The position numbers were made by a program, and so were the translations under genes. From positions 1,760,001 through 1,824,000 of the forward strand of contig OY760183.1 in NCBI GenBank assembly GCA_963663275.1: a stretch of 64,000 nucleotides of DNA. Direction: 5' to 3'. The notes below the pieces were generated by a model, which worked only from the letters and a program-made list of their open reading frames with translations, was not told the DNA's origin and made no database searches. This document shows, in pieces, positions 1-17,109 of this stretch. Position 1 is the first letter of the stretch; the number at the start of each line of letters is the position of its first letter. Source of the stretch: Chloroflexota bacterium. Lineage in GTDB: Bacteria > Chloroflexota > UBA11872 > VXOZ01.

Positions 1-533
1 GAAAAGGCGAGTCCGTTTGGCCGGTCGAAGTCGTCCACCAGGAGACGCAGCGCGCCGTCGGTCGCTATCATGTAGACCCCGCGAAAGTCCAGGTCCGGTT
101 CCTGCCCCAGGTCTTCCACGCCGTAGGGCGGGTCGGTGAAGTAGATCGTGCCGTCGCTGCGCACCACCACGTCGTTGGGGCTATTGAGCCGCTTGCCCTG
201 GTAGGAGTCCGCCAGGGTGACGTACGCGCCGCCGGCTTCCTGGCGGCTGACGCGGCGCGCCGAATGCTCGCAGGAGATGAGGCGGCCCTCACCGTCTAGG
301 GTCAAGCCGTTGGCGTTGCCCGACGGCGCGCGGTACGTGCTGACAGAGAAGCCCTCGGACGACTCCTCCCAGCGGACGGTGCGGTTGTTGCGAATATCGC
401 TGAAGAGCAGGCAGCCGCCGCGCCAGACCGGCCCTTCGGTAAACGCGAAGCCGCCCGCCACGCGCTCAAGTTCGGCGTCGGGCGGCACGAGGTCGTGGAA
501 AGCGGGATTGCGAACGTCGAAACTGGTTGCCAT
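1..533 (-). CDS. SMP-30/gluconolactonase/LRE family protein (3' end runs off the window)
   Basis: Own translation from ATG at 533 (GGAGG RBS): MATSFDVRNPAF...GFAFTEGPVW...FSDI...GNANGLTLD...LNSPNDVVVRSDGTIYFTDPPYG...DRPNGLAF, the typical SMP-30 beta-propeller motifs. Absent from the ORF track because it is truncated. Confidence 0.9.
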   Translation of the reverse strand, partial: MATSFDVRNPAFHDLVPPDAELERVAGGFAFTEGPVWRGGCLLFSDIRNNRTVRWEESSEGFSVSTYRAPSGNANGLTLDGEGRLISCEHSARRVSRQEAGGAYVTLADSYQGKRLNSPNDVVVRSDGTIYFTDPPYGVEDLGQEPDLDFRGVYMIATDGALRLLVDDFDRPNGLAF

Positions 534-605
534 GGTTCATTGCCTCCAAGGAGAGCGTAGCGTTACTGTGCCAAACCGGTGGAAATGGGCCGTATTGCGC
601 TGATT

Positions 606-641
606 CCCCCTCACCCCGGCCCTCTCCCCAGGGAGAGGGGG
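606..641 (+). repeat. REP-like palindrome, family A (CCCCTCACCC..CCCTCTCCC..GGGAGAGGG)
   Basis: Hairpin CCCTCTCCC/GGGAGAGGG. Related copies at 34884, 40687, 42096, 44364, 48620-48822 and 49742. Confidence 0.85.
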
Positions 642-698
642 TTTTCCATCAGATTTCCGCAAATGGCTCTGGTCGCTGCCAAGAGTCAATCGTTGCGC

Positions 699-2114
699 CT
701 ACTGCCGGCGGAAGACGTGGACGGCGCGGCGGTCTACGTCCCAGGAGGCTTCCATGATTGCCTCTGCCAGAGTGGGGTGCGGATGGACGTTGAGGCCGAC
801 TTCCAGCGGCGTGGCCTCCAGCAGTTGCGCCAGTCCCATTTCGGCCACGATATCCGTAGCGTTGGGACCGATGACGTGCGTGCCCAGGATTTCACCGGTC
901 CCGGCGTCGCAGACCAGCTTGACGAAGCCTTCGGTCTGTCCCTTGATGAGCGCCTTGCCCAGCGCCGCAAAGGGGAAGCGGCCTACTTTCACGTCCCGTC
1001 CCTGTTCGGCGGCTTCTTGTTCCGACAGGCCGATGCTGGCAATTTCGGGCCGGCAGTAGGTGGCGCGGGGCACGCGGTGGGGGTTCAGCGGATAGGTCTC
1101 CTCACCCGCCAGGTGTTCCATGACCACGTGCCCCTCGGCGGTGGCTTTGTGGGCGAGCAAGTAGCCGCCCGCCACGTCGCCGATGGCGTAGACATGGGGC
1201 ACGTTGGTGCGGCAATACCCGTCAACCGGAATGACGCCGCGCTCCGCCGTTACGCCGACCGCTTCCAGGCCGAGGTCTTCCACGTTGCCGGCGCGCCCGA
1301 CCGCCACGAGCAGCATGTCCGCGTGCAAGGACTCCCGCTTGTCCGCAGTCTCGATGTCCACCACAACGCTGTTGTCCGTGGCTTGCAGGGTCTCCACCAG
1401 CAGTTTGGCGTCAGTCCTGACGGTGATGCCGCGCCGGGTGAACGAGCGGCCAAGCTCTTTGCCGATGTCCTTGTCTTCCAGCGGCACAAGCGTTGACATA
1501 ATTTCCACGACCGTGACCGCCACGCCAAAGTCGTGGAAGAGGCTGGCCCACTCCACGCCCACGGCGCCCGCGCCGAGGATGATGATCGACTCCGGCAGGG
1601 CCGAGAGTTCCAGCGCGTGGTCGCTGTTGATGACGGCCTTTCCGTCGATCTCCAGTCCCGGCAGGCTGCGGGGGCGCGAGCCGGTGGCGATGACGACGTT
1701 GTTGGCGCGCAGTTCGTGAACGCCGTCGCTGCTTGCCACGCGCACCGACTGGGGCGAGGTGAGGGAACCGGCCCCGTAGAATACGTCGATCTTGTTTCGT
1801 TTGAGGAGGCCCTGCACGCCTTTGTGGAGTTGGGAAACCACCTGAGACTTGCGCGCGAGCACTTTCGCATAGTCGAAGGAGACCTCCGGGGCGACCACGC
1901 CGAACGCCGCGCTGTTGTCGCGGGCGTCGTGCAGGCGCTCGGCGGATTCCAGCAGCGCCTTGGTGGGAATGCAGCCTTTGTGGAGGCAGATGCCGCCGAC
2001 TTTTTCTTTCTCCACCACGGCTACTTTCAGTCCGAGTTGCGCGCCGCGAATTGCGGCCGGGTAGCCGCCGGGGCCGCCACCGATGATTGCGACGTCGTAC
2101 GTGTCTTCCGCCAT
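699..2114 (-). CDS. lpdA: Dihydrolipoyl dehydrogenase (E3)
   Basis: GGGPGG FAD motif, GGICLHKGCIPTK redox disulfide, HPHPTLAE C-terminal motif; last gene of the PDH operon. Confidence 0.97.
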   Translation of the reverse strand: MAEDTYDVAIIGGGPGGYPAAIRGAQLGLKVAVVEKEKVGGICLHKGCIPTKALLESAERLHDARDNSAAFGVVAPEVSFDYAKVLARKSQVVSQLHKGVQGLLKRNKIDVFYGAGSLTSPQSVRVASSDGVHELRANNVVIATGSRPRSLPGLEIDGKAVINSDHALELSALPESIIILGAGAVGVEWASLFHDFGVAVTVVEIMSTLVPLEDKDIGKELGRSFTRRGITVRTDAKLLVETLQATDNSVVVDIETADKRESLHADMLLVAVGRAGNVEDLGLEAVGVTAERGVIPVDGYCRTNVPHVYAIGDVAGGYLLAHKATAEGHVVMEHLAGEETYPLNPHRVPRATYCRPEIASIGLSEQEAAEQGRDVKVGRFPFAALGKALIKGQTEGFVKLVCDAGTGEILGTHVIGPNATDIVAEMGLAQLLEATPLEVGLNVHPHPTLAEAIMEASWDVDRRAVHVFRRQ

Positions 2115-2233
2115 TGCTCTTTAGTCCTTCAGGAGTGCCTGCGGGTGGTCTTTCATAGTTGAGCAGCGCGTCAGTCTTGGCTGCCGCCGCGCACGCTATC
2201 CCCATCTTGCCGAATACACGTTACCGGAATCAA

Positions 2234-2262
2234 ATAGGGCGAACCCACAGCGTTCGCCCTAT
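2234..2262. repeat. Intergenic hairpin (REP-like) between pdhC and lpdA
   Basis: ATAGGGCGAAC-ccacagc-GTTCGCCCTAT, perfect 11-bp stem. Confidence 0.6.
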
Positions 2263-2293
2263 GCGCCGGCCGGGAAGGCGACCGCAACGCCGC

Positions 2294-3526
2294 TTAGATC
2301 AGCAGGTTGTACGGATTCTCCAAGAGGTCTTTCAGGTCGCGCAGGAACTCGGCGGCGGGAGCGCCGTAGAGGATGCGGTGGTCGGCGGAGATGCTGAGGT
2401 ACATGATGTCGCGCACGACGATTTCGCCGTCGCGGACGACGGGACGCGGCTCGATCGCGCCCACAGCGAAGATGGCCGATTGGGGCGGATTGACAATGGC
2501 ATAGAAGTCACGCACGCCGAACATGCCCAGATTCGAGACGGTAAAGGTGCCGCCTTCCAGGTCGCCGGGCCGGTTCCTGCCCTGCCGGGTGCGCTCTACC
2601 AGCACTTTCGCTTCCACGGCGAGTTGGCGCAGCGGCTTGGTGTCGCAGTTCTTGAGCACGGGCACCAGCAGGCCGTTGGGCACGGCCACGGCAATGCCGA
2701 TGTTGGCCTCCTGGTGATAGACGAAGCCGCCGTCGCGGTAGGAGCCGTTGGCGTCCGGATGCCGCATCAGCGAGAGCGCGGTGGCGCGGATGACGATGTC
2801 GTTGAAGCTGATATGCTCTTCCTCGCTCCAGGCGGCGTTCACCTGGGCGCGCATGGCCTTGGCGGCGCTCATGTCCACTTCCATGGTGAGGTAGAAGTGG
2901 GGCACGGTGGTCTTGCTCTCCAGCATGCGCCGGATGATGGTGGACTGCATGCGCGAGGGCGACGCCACGTCGGACTCATGCGGCAGCGCGGCGGGGTCCG
3001 CGGCCGCGGCAACGGTGCGCGCCGCGTTCTCCACGTCGTCCTTGACGATGCGGCCGCCGGGGCCGGTGCCGGTGATTTGCGCCAGGTCAAGCCCCTGTTC
3101 GGTGGCGATGCGGCGGGCGAGCGGCGACGCTTTGATACGGGCGGGCGCGCCTTGAGCCGCGGCCGCCGGGGCCGGGGCGGGATGGGCGGCGGCGGGCGCC
3201 GGCGGCGCGCCGCCTTCAGGCTCCGCGGCTTCCGCAGTCGCCGGCTGGGCCGCGGGCGCGGCTGGGGAGGCCGTCTGGCCTAACTCGCTTTCCTCACCCA
3301 CCAGCGCGATCGGAGCGCCCAAGGCCGCCGAGCCGCCTTCAGCCACGAGCACCTGCAGCAGCGTGCCTTCCTCGACCGATTCGAGATCCATCACCGCTTT
3401 ATCAGTCTCGATCTCGGCCAGCAACTCGCCCTTCGCTACGCTGTCACCCACCTGCTTATACCACTGGAGGACCTTGCCTTCCTCCATGGTGTCGCTGAGC
3501 CGGGGCATGGGGACTTCGCGCGCCAT
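2294..3526 (-). CDS. pdhC: Pyruvate dehydrogenase E2, dihydrolipoamide acetyltransferase
   Basis: Single lipoyl domain (IETDKA), Ala/Pro linker, E3-binding domain (ASPLARRIA..GTGPGGRI), catalytic domain with DHRILYG. Confidence 0.95.
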   Translation of the reverse strand: MAREVPMPRLSDTMEEGKVLQWYKQVGDSVAKGELLAEIETDKAVMDLESVEEGTLLQVLVAEGGSAALGAPIALVGEESELGQTASPAAPAAQPATAEAAEPEGGAPPAPAAAHPAPAPAAAAQGAPARIKASPLARRIATEQGLDLAQITGTGPGGRIVKDDVENAARTVAAAADPAALPHESDVASPSRMQSTIIRRMLESKTTVPHFYLTMEVDMSAAKAMRAQVNAAWSEEEHISFNDIVIRATALSLMRHPDANGSYRDGGFVYHQEANIGIAVAVPNGLLVPVLKNCDTKPLRQLAVEAKVLVERTRQGRNRPGDLEGGTFTVSNLGMFGVRDFYAIVNPPQSAIFAVGAIEPRPVVRDGEIVVRDIMYLSISADHRILYGAPAAEFLRDLKDLLENPYNLLI

Positions 3527-3610
3527 GAATTGAACCTCCGGTTCGCTGGAACCTCACACTCGCTCGAACCAAGTCTTTGCTGATTAGAAGTAACTTCCCT
3601 TGCGGCCGGC

Positions 3611-4588
3611 TTAGTGGTTGAGCACCGTCTTGACGGCTTCCACCATTCTTTCCGGACTGGGAATCACGGCCTTCTCCAACGGTTTGGAGTAGGGCATCGG
3701 CACTTCCACGCCGCCAACCCTGCCGATGGGAGCATCCAGGTAGTCGAACGCCTCTTCGTAGATTGTCGCCGCCACCTCGGCGTTCACGCCAAACGAGCGG
3801 TGCTCTTCTTCCGCGATCACGCAGTGGTTCGTCTTCTGCACGGAGTGGACGAGGGTCTCCACGTCCAGCGGGCGGATACTGCGCAGGTCGATGACTTCCA
3901 CGCTAATGCCCTCTTCGCTCAGTTGGGCGGCGGCTTGCAGGGCAAAGAGCGCCATACGGGAGTGGGCGATGAGGGTAACGTCGCTGCCCGCGCGCTTTAC
4001 GTCGGCTTCGCCAAAGGGCACCGTGTGCTCGCCTTCCGGCACCACGCCTTTGGTGTTGTAGAGCGCCAAGTGCTCCAGAAACATTACCGGATTGTCGTCG
4101 CGGATGGCGGACTTCAGCATACCCTTGGCGTCGGCGGGCACGGCCGGCGCGACGACTTTCAAGCCGGGAATATACGCGAACCAGACGTCGAGGCTGTGGG
4201 AGTGCTGGGCCGTGAGTTGCTGGCCGCCGCCGCCGGGCGCGCGAATGACCATGGGGCACTTGAGCCTGCCGCCGAACATGTAGCTGATCTTGGCGGCGTG
4301 GTTGGCGATCTGGTCCATGGCCACCATGCCAAAGTTGACCGTCATCAGTTCGACGACGGGGCGCAGACCCGTCATGGCGGCGCCGGCGCCCAGGCCGATG
4401 AAGCCTTCCTCGGCGATGGGCGTGTCGATGACCCGCTCCTCGCCAAACCGGTCCAGCAGACCCTCGGTGACTTTGTACGCCCCCTGGAAGACGCCGACTT
4501 CCTCTCCCATGACGAAAACGTTGGGGTCGTGATCCATCTCTTCGATGAGGGCGTCCCGGAGGGCTTCACGATACGTGATTTCAGCCAT
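3611..4588 (-). CDS. pdhB: Pyruvate dehydrogenase E1 beta subunit
   Basis: Start MAEITYREAL at 4588; DTPIAEEGFIG and AQHS motifs of the transketolase-like E1 beta subunit. Confidence 0.95.
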   Translation of the reverse strand: MAEITYREALRDALIEEMDHDPNVFVMGEEVGVFQGAYKVTEGLLDRFGEERVIDTPIAEEGFIGLGAGAAMTGLRPVVELMTVNFGMVAMDQIANHAAKISYMFGGRLKCPMVIRAPGGGGQQLTAQHSHSLDVWFAYIPGLKVVAPAVPADAKGMLKSAIRDDNPVMFLEHLALYNTKGVVPEGEHTVPFGEADVKRAGSDVTLIAHSRMALFALQAAAQLSEEGISVEVIDLRSIRPLDVETLVHSVQKTNHCVIAEEEHRSFGVNAEVAATIYEEAFDYLDAPIGRVGGVEVPMPYSKPLEKAVIPSPERMVEAVKTVLNH

Positions 4589-4590
4589 GG

Positions 4591-5652
4591 CTAGGCGTCC
4601 TCCGCGTAGACGAACTGGTGGAGGTCGGCCACGTCGGGGAACGGGCTTTCCTCGGCAAAGTCCACCGCCGCTTGCACCCGGGCCAGCACGTCTTCCTCGA
4701 TGGCGTCGGCGTCCTTCTGGGTGAAGATCTCGCCTTCGAGCAGGCGCTGGCGGAAGATCTCCACCGGGTCTTGGGCGCGCCACCCGGCGATTTCGTCCTC
4801 GGTGCGGTAGTTCTTGCCGGCATCGGCCATGGAGTGGCCCCGGTAGCGGTAGGTGACGCACTCGACGAAGATCGGCTCGCTGGTGCGGCGCACTTCCTCC
4901 ACCAGTTTCTTGGTAAGCTGGTAGACCGCCAGCACGTCCATGCCGTTCACTTTGTAGCCGGGGATATCGTAGGCTACGCCCTTCTTCCACAGTTCGGTGA
5001 CGGCGGAGGCGCGGGCGACGCTGGTGCCCATGCCGTACTGGTTGTTGGTGCAGATGAAGAGATTGGGCAGTTTCCAGAGGGAGGCCATGTTGAGGGCTTC
5101 GTGGAATGCGCCGATGTTGGTGGCGCCGTCGCCAAAGACCGACATGACGATTTCGTCCGTGCCCCGGTATTTGCTGGCAAACGCCACGCCGGTGGAAAGG
5201 GGGATGCTGCCGCCGACGATGCCGTAGCCGCCCATGAAGCGCTGGTCCGGGTCTACCAGATGCATGGAGCCGCCGCGGCCGCGGGCGCAGCCGTCCCGCT
5301 TGCCGAAGAGTTCCGCCATCACGGCCCCGGGCGGCACGCCGCGCACGATTGCCGAGCCGTGCACGCGGTAACTGCCGAAGAAGTAGTCGTCATCCCGCAA
5401 GGCTTTCAGCGTGCCGACGACGGTGGCCTCTTCACCGATGTTGAGGTGACAGTAGCCGCCGATCTTGGCGCGCAGGTACATCTCGGCCACGCGCTCCTCG
5501 AAGCGCCTGACGAAGAGCATGGCGGTGTAGAAGTCGATGAGTTGGTCGTTCTCGAAGTTACCGAGATCTCGGGAGTCTCGTACCGGGATCTCCGTGTCGG
5601 CGACGTGGTCTGACGGATTGTCGCGCGCGCCGCGCGCGCTGTTTCGGCTCAT
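4591..5652 (-). CDS. pdhA: Pyruvate dehydrogenase E1 alpha subunit
   Basis: ATG 5652 preceded by AAAGGAGG; GDGATN...NN TPP motif, RGGSMH, YRYRGHSMAD. Confidence 0.95.
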   Translation of the reverse strand: MSRNSARGARDNPSDHVADTEIPVRDSRDLGNFENDQLIDFYTAMLFVRRFEERVAEMYLRAKIGGYCHLNIGEEATVVGTLKALRDDDYFFGSYRVHGSAIVRGVPPGAVMAELFGKRDGCARGRGGSMHLVDPDQRFMGGYGIVGGSIPLSTGVAFASKYRGTDEIVMSVFGDGATNIGAFHEALNMASLWKLPNLFICTNNQYGMGTSVARASAVTELWKKGVAYDIPGYKVNGMDVLAVYQLTKKLVEEVRRTSEPIFVECVTYRYRGHSMADAGKNYRTEDEIAGWRAQDPVEIFRQRLLEGEIFTQKDADAIEEDVLARVQAAVDFAEESPFPDVADLHQFVYAEDA

Positions 5653-5674
5653 ATCGGCGTTACCTCCTTTAGCT

Positions 5675-5764
5675 GCGTCTGCGGCGAGGCCGGCGTGTGC
5701 CACGATACCGGCGTCTGCGACGAAGTCGACGTCTGCGACGAAGTCGACGTCTGCGGTGAGGCCG
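5675..5764. repeat. Degenerate tandem repeat, 5 x 18 bp
   Basis: Units gcgtctgcggcgaggccg / gcgtgtgccacgataccg / gcgtctgcgacgaagtcg / acgtctgcgacgaagtcg / acgtctgcggtgaggccg. Confidence 0.85.
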
Positions 5765-5936
5765 GTAGTGTGCCGGAAGTGTTGCTGTTCAGGATCCAAA
5801 CTCCTCGCCCGTTCGACAGGCTCTCAGCAGGCTCTTGCGCTCCGGGCACGTGCCAAATCACGGCGCCAGGTGGGCATACGAAACCGCATCGCTCAACCCG
5901 CGCCGCCCGGAGTAGGCAACATTTCATACGCTTACC

Positions 5937-5966
5937 ATTATACCGCAGGGAGAGAAGAAACGTGAA
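5937..5966 (-). promoter_or_regulatory. Putative sigma70 promoter of the pdh operon
   Basis: Minus strand TTCACG-N18-TATAAT. Confidence 0.5.
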
Positions 5967-5991
5967 AACTCGGATGGACGGGACGACCGCG

Positions 5992-6000
5992 TGCTATAAT
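5992..6000 (+). promoter_or_regulatory. Extended -10 promoter upstream of dtd
   Basis: TGCTATAAT (TGnTATAAT) about 47 nt before the dtd ATG. Confidence 0.6.
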
Positions 6001-6047
6001 CTGCAAAGACTTGGTAGCTTGACTAACCCCTCGATAAGGTACCGCGT

Positions 6048-6515
6048 ATGTTGGCTGTGGCGCAACGGGTGAGCGAAGCGCGTGTGGACGTTGGCGAGCG
6101 GACGACCGGCAGCATTGGCCGGGGACTGGTAGCGCTCATCGCGGTGCAGAAAGGCGACACGAGCGCGGAAGCGGCCTATATTGCCGCCAAACTCGCTACG
6201 CTGCGCATCTTTGGCGATGAAGCCGGCAAGATGAATCTCTCGGTGCAGGACATCGGCGGCGCGGTGCTGGCGGTCTCGCAGTTTACGCTCTACGGCGATA
6301 CGCGCAAGGGCCGCCGGCCCAGCTTTACTCGCTCCGCCCGGCCGGAGGAAGCCGAACCTCTGATCGAGCAAATCGTCGGCGACCTGCGAGAGCGAGGCAT
6401 CCCGGTTGCCTGCGGCGAGTTTGGCTCGATGATGCGGTTATTCCTGGTCAACGACGGGCCGGTGACCATCATCCTGGATTCGGACGACCGCCTTACCCCC
6501 CGCCGGCAGGCATAG
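6048..6515 (+). CDS. dtd: D-aminoacyl-tRNA deacylase
   Basis: QRVSEARV, LRIFGD..GKMNLSV, SQFTL and NDGPVT motifs. Confidence 0.96.
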   Translation: MLAVAQRVSEARVDVGERTTGSIGRGLVALIAVQKGDTSAEAAYIAAKLATLRIFGDEAGKMNLSVQDIGGAVLAVSQFTLYGDTRKGRRPSFTRSARPEEAEPLIEQIVGDLRERGIPVACGEFGSMMRLFLVNDGPVTIILDSDDRLTPRRQA

Positions 6516-6645
6516 GCTTTTCCACCGCCGCATGCGCGGTCTCGTTCGTCAACACAAGCGGACGGGGGAGCGCGCCGGCTAATCCAGGCCGATGCGCTCC
6601 CCCGTCTTACACGCGGTCTTTGTCCGCCGCGACGGACGCGCGCGA

Positions 6646-11262
<4,617 letters not shown>

Positions 11263-11284
11263 AGAAGAATACGCCTCCTCTTTT

Positions 11285-11576
11285 GGCGTCCGCGAGGGAC
11301 GCCGCTACATCCTGGATGGCGCCCACCAGGGGCGCCGCTACGTCCTGAATGGCGTCCGCCGGGGACGCCTCTAATCTGACAGATGCGTTGCGTTGTTCCG
11401 GTTTGCGCGCCCACGGGGGGCGCGGCTGCAGGGACAGAAGCGTTGCGTTGTTCTGGCCTGGGCGCCCACGAGGGACGCCCCTACGTCAATCTCGGATGGC
11501 GTCCACGAGGGACGCCCCTACAGGGACAGGTGCGTTGCGCTGTTCCGGCATGGGCGCCCGCGAGGGGCGCCCCTAC
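11285..11576 (-). repeat. Array of about 7 GTAG-type REP-like hairpins in the rpoB-rpoC spacer
   Basis: Repeated GGCG(T/C)CC....GG(A/G)CGCC(C/G)CTAC units interleaved with a tgcgttgcg(t/c)tgttc motif. Confidence 0.85.
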
Positions 11577-11605
11577 GGGGGAAGAATGGGTTGGCCGCAT
11601 GCGCG

Positions 11606-15106
<3,501 letters not shown>

Positions 15107-15328
15107 AGTTTCAATCCTCTCTCGGCGCTGGGGGTCTGACCGCAGCGACTATTCCGCCACGGTACACTAGTTCTATCCTACCAGTTTACGCGAGCGTAAA
15201 CAACCTGCCGAAGCGCCGGTGATGAGAAAGGGCGCGCGCCGCCGGCGCGTTTGACGCCGGGGCCGCGGCGGCGAGGCGCGGGGATTGTGGCTGGGGTTCT
15301 ACTTCAATGCGGTAGCTAAGGGTGCGTT

Positions 15329-15356
15329 GTAGGGGCACGACATGTCGTGCCCCTAC
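15329..15356. repeat. Perfect 28-bp GTAG-type palindrome
   Basis: GTAGGGGCACGACATGTCGTGCCCCTAC; near-identical copy at 29937-29964. Confidence 0.85.
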
Positions 15357-15516
15357 ACCGGTGACGACAGGTCAGGCGCATTAACGGCGCGGATTCCCCA
15401 TGGTTGCATGAGGCAGACTCCAATGCGGCAGCATTGGCGGTCAACTCTCTTCGCGCTTTGAGGCGCGGGGATTGCAGCCGGAGGTTCTACTTTCTCTGTG
15501 CGGTGAGGCCGCGCCG

Positions 15517-17109
15517 CTAGTGCTGCCGCAGTATCTCCATGGCGGCGTTGTGGCCCGGCGCGCCGGTGACGCCGCCGCCCGGGTGCGTCCCCGAGCCGCA
15601 GAGGTAGAGGTTGCGCAGCGGCGTGGCGTAGCGCGCCCAGCCGAGCGCGGGGCGCATGAAGTAGAGTTGGTCGAGGCTCAGTTCGCCGTGGAAGATGTTG
15701 CCGCCGGTGAGGCCGTACTCCTGCTCCAGGTCCAGCGGTGAGAGGGCGTGGACGTGTTCGATGGCCCCGGGCAGGTTGGGGGCGTAGGCCGCCAGGGTGT
15801 CGATGACGCGCTGGGTGAACGTTTCTTTCTCCTCCGGCCACGCGCTTTCCTTGAGACTGTAAGGCGCGTACTGGGCAAAGACGCCCATGACGTGCTTGCC
15901 GGGGGGCGCGAGTGAAGAGTCGTAGGCGGTGGGAATCGTGATGTCCAGCAGAGGATGTTCCGAAGGCGCGCCATATTTTGCGTCGTCCCAGGCGCGCTCC
16001 AGATAGTCCAGATCGGGGCAAATATGGGTGGTGCCCCGGTGCTGGGGGCCGAGCGTCGCGCCGGGGAAGGCGGTGTAATCCGGCAACTCGTTCAGGGCGA
16101 GATTGAGCTTGAACGACGACCCTTCGCACTGGTACGACTCGATCTGCGCGACGAATTCTTCCGGCAGGGCGTTGCGCTCCACCAGGTGGAGAAAAGTGCG
16201 CTTAGGGTCGGCGTTGGAGATGACGACGTTGGCGTGGTACTCGTCGCCGTTTGCCAGGACGACGCCCGTGGCCGCATCGCCCCGCGTCAGCACGCTGGCT
16301 ACCGGCGCGTCGGTGCGAATGACCGCGCCATGGGCCTGGGCCGAGGCCGCGAGCGCTTGGGTGATCGCCCCCATGCCGCCTTCCACGAATCCCCACAAGC
16401 CGCGCACGCCGCCGACGCCGCCCATGACGTGATGCAGCAGCACGTAGGCCGTGCCGGGCGTGCGCGGACCGCCGTTGGTGCCGATGACGCCGTCGGTGGC
16501 CAGGGCGACTTTCAGCGCGTCGGACTCGAACCACTCGTCCAGAATCGACTGCACGCTGCGGGTCATGAGCTTGGCGGCGTCGGCCAACTGGGTGTTGTCA
16601 AGCGCCATCAGCGCGCGTCCCCCGCGCAGGGGCGCCAGCCAGTCGCCGGGCCGTTGCGGCGGAAACTGCGGCGGCGGGTGCAGGAAGAGCGGCTCGACGA
16701 GACGTGCGATGCGCTCGACGTAGGCTTCGTACGCAGGATAGCGTTCCGCGTCTTTGGCCGAAAACCTGGCGATTTCCCGGCAGGTGCGCGCCATGTCCTG
16801 GTACATGAACATGTGGCGGCCGTCGGGGTACGGCGCGAAATAGGCGGGGTCTTTGGGAAATACCTTGTACCCGTAGCGCGGCAACTCCAATTCCCGCGCC
16901 ACCTTCTCTTGCAGCAGGCTCACCAGATAGGAGCACGTGGAAACGCGATAGCCGGGAAAGACCTCCTCCGTCACACACGCCCCGCCCACAAGCGGCCGCC
17001 GCTCCAACACCAGCACCTTCCACCCCGCCCGCGCCAAATACCCGGCCGTAACGAGCCCATTATGCCCCGCGCCGATGATGATGGCGTCGTAGGTAGATTC
17101 CGTCATCAT
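15517..17109 (-). CDS. Phytoene dehydrogenase-like FAD oxidoreductase (COG1233/PYROXD2-like)
   Basis: Start MMTESTYDAIIIGAGHNGL overlaps the upstream stop (ATGA); GGNIFHG and YLCGSGTHPGGGVTGAPG motifs. Confidence 0.88.
   Translation of the reverse strand: MMTESTYDAIIIGAGHNGLVTAGYLARAGWKVLVLERRPLVGGACVTEEVFPGYRVSTCSYLVSLLQEKVARELELPRYGYKVFPKDPAYFAPYPDGRHMFMYQDMARTCREIARFSAKDAERYPAYEAYVERIARLVEPLFLHPPPQFPPQRPGDWLAPLRGGRALMALDNTQLADAAKLMTRSVQSILDEWFESDALKVALATDGVIGTNGGPRTPGTAYVLLHHVMGGVGGVRGLWGFVEGGMGAITQALAASAQAHGAVIRTDAPVASVLTRGDAATGVVLANGDEYHANVVISNADPKRTFLHLVERNALPEEFVAQIESYQCEGSSFKLNLALNELPDYTAFPGATLGPQHRGTTHICPDLDYLERAWDDAKYGAPSEHPLLDITIPTAYDSSLAPPGKHVMGVFAQYAPYSLKESAWPEEKETFTQRVIDTLAAYAPNLPGAIEHVHALSPLDLEQEYGLTGGNIFHGELSLDQLYFMRPALGWARYATPLRNLYLCGSGTHPGGGVTGAPGHNAAMEILRQH

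Noticed and set aside
11285-11576. Possible CRISPR array in the rpoB-rpoC spacer
   Set aside because: Repeats are variable REP-like hairpins, and the intervening sequences are themselves repeated and irregular in length.
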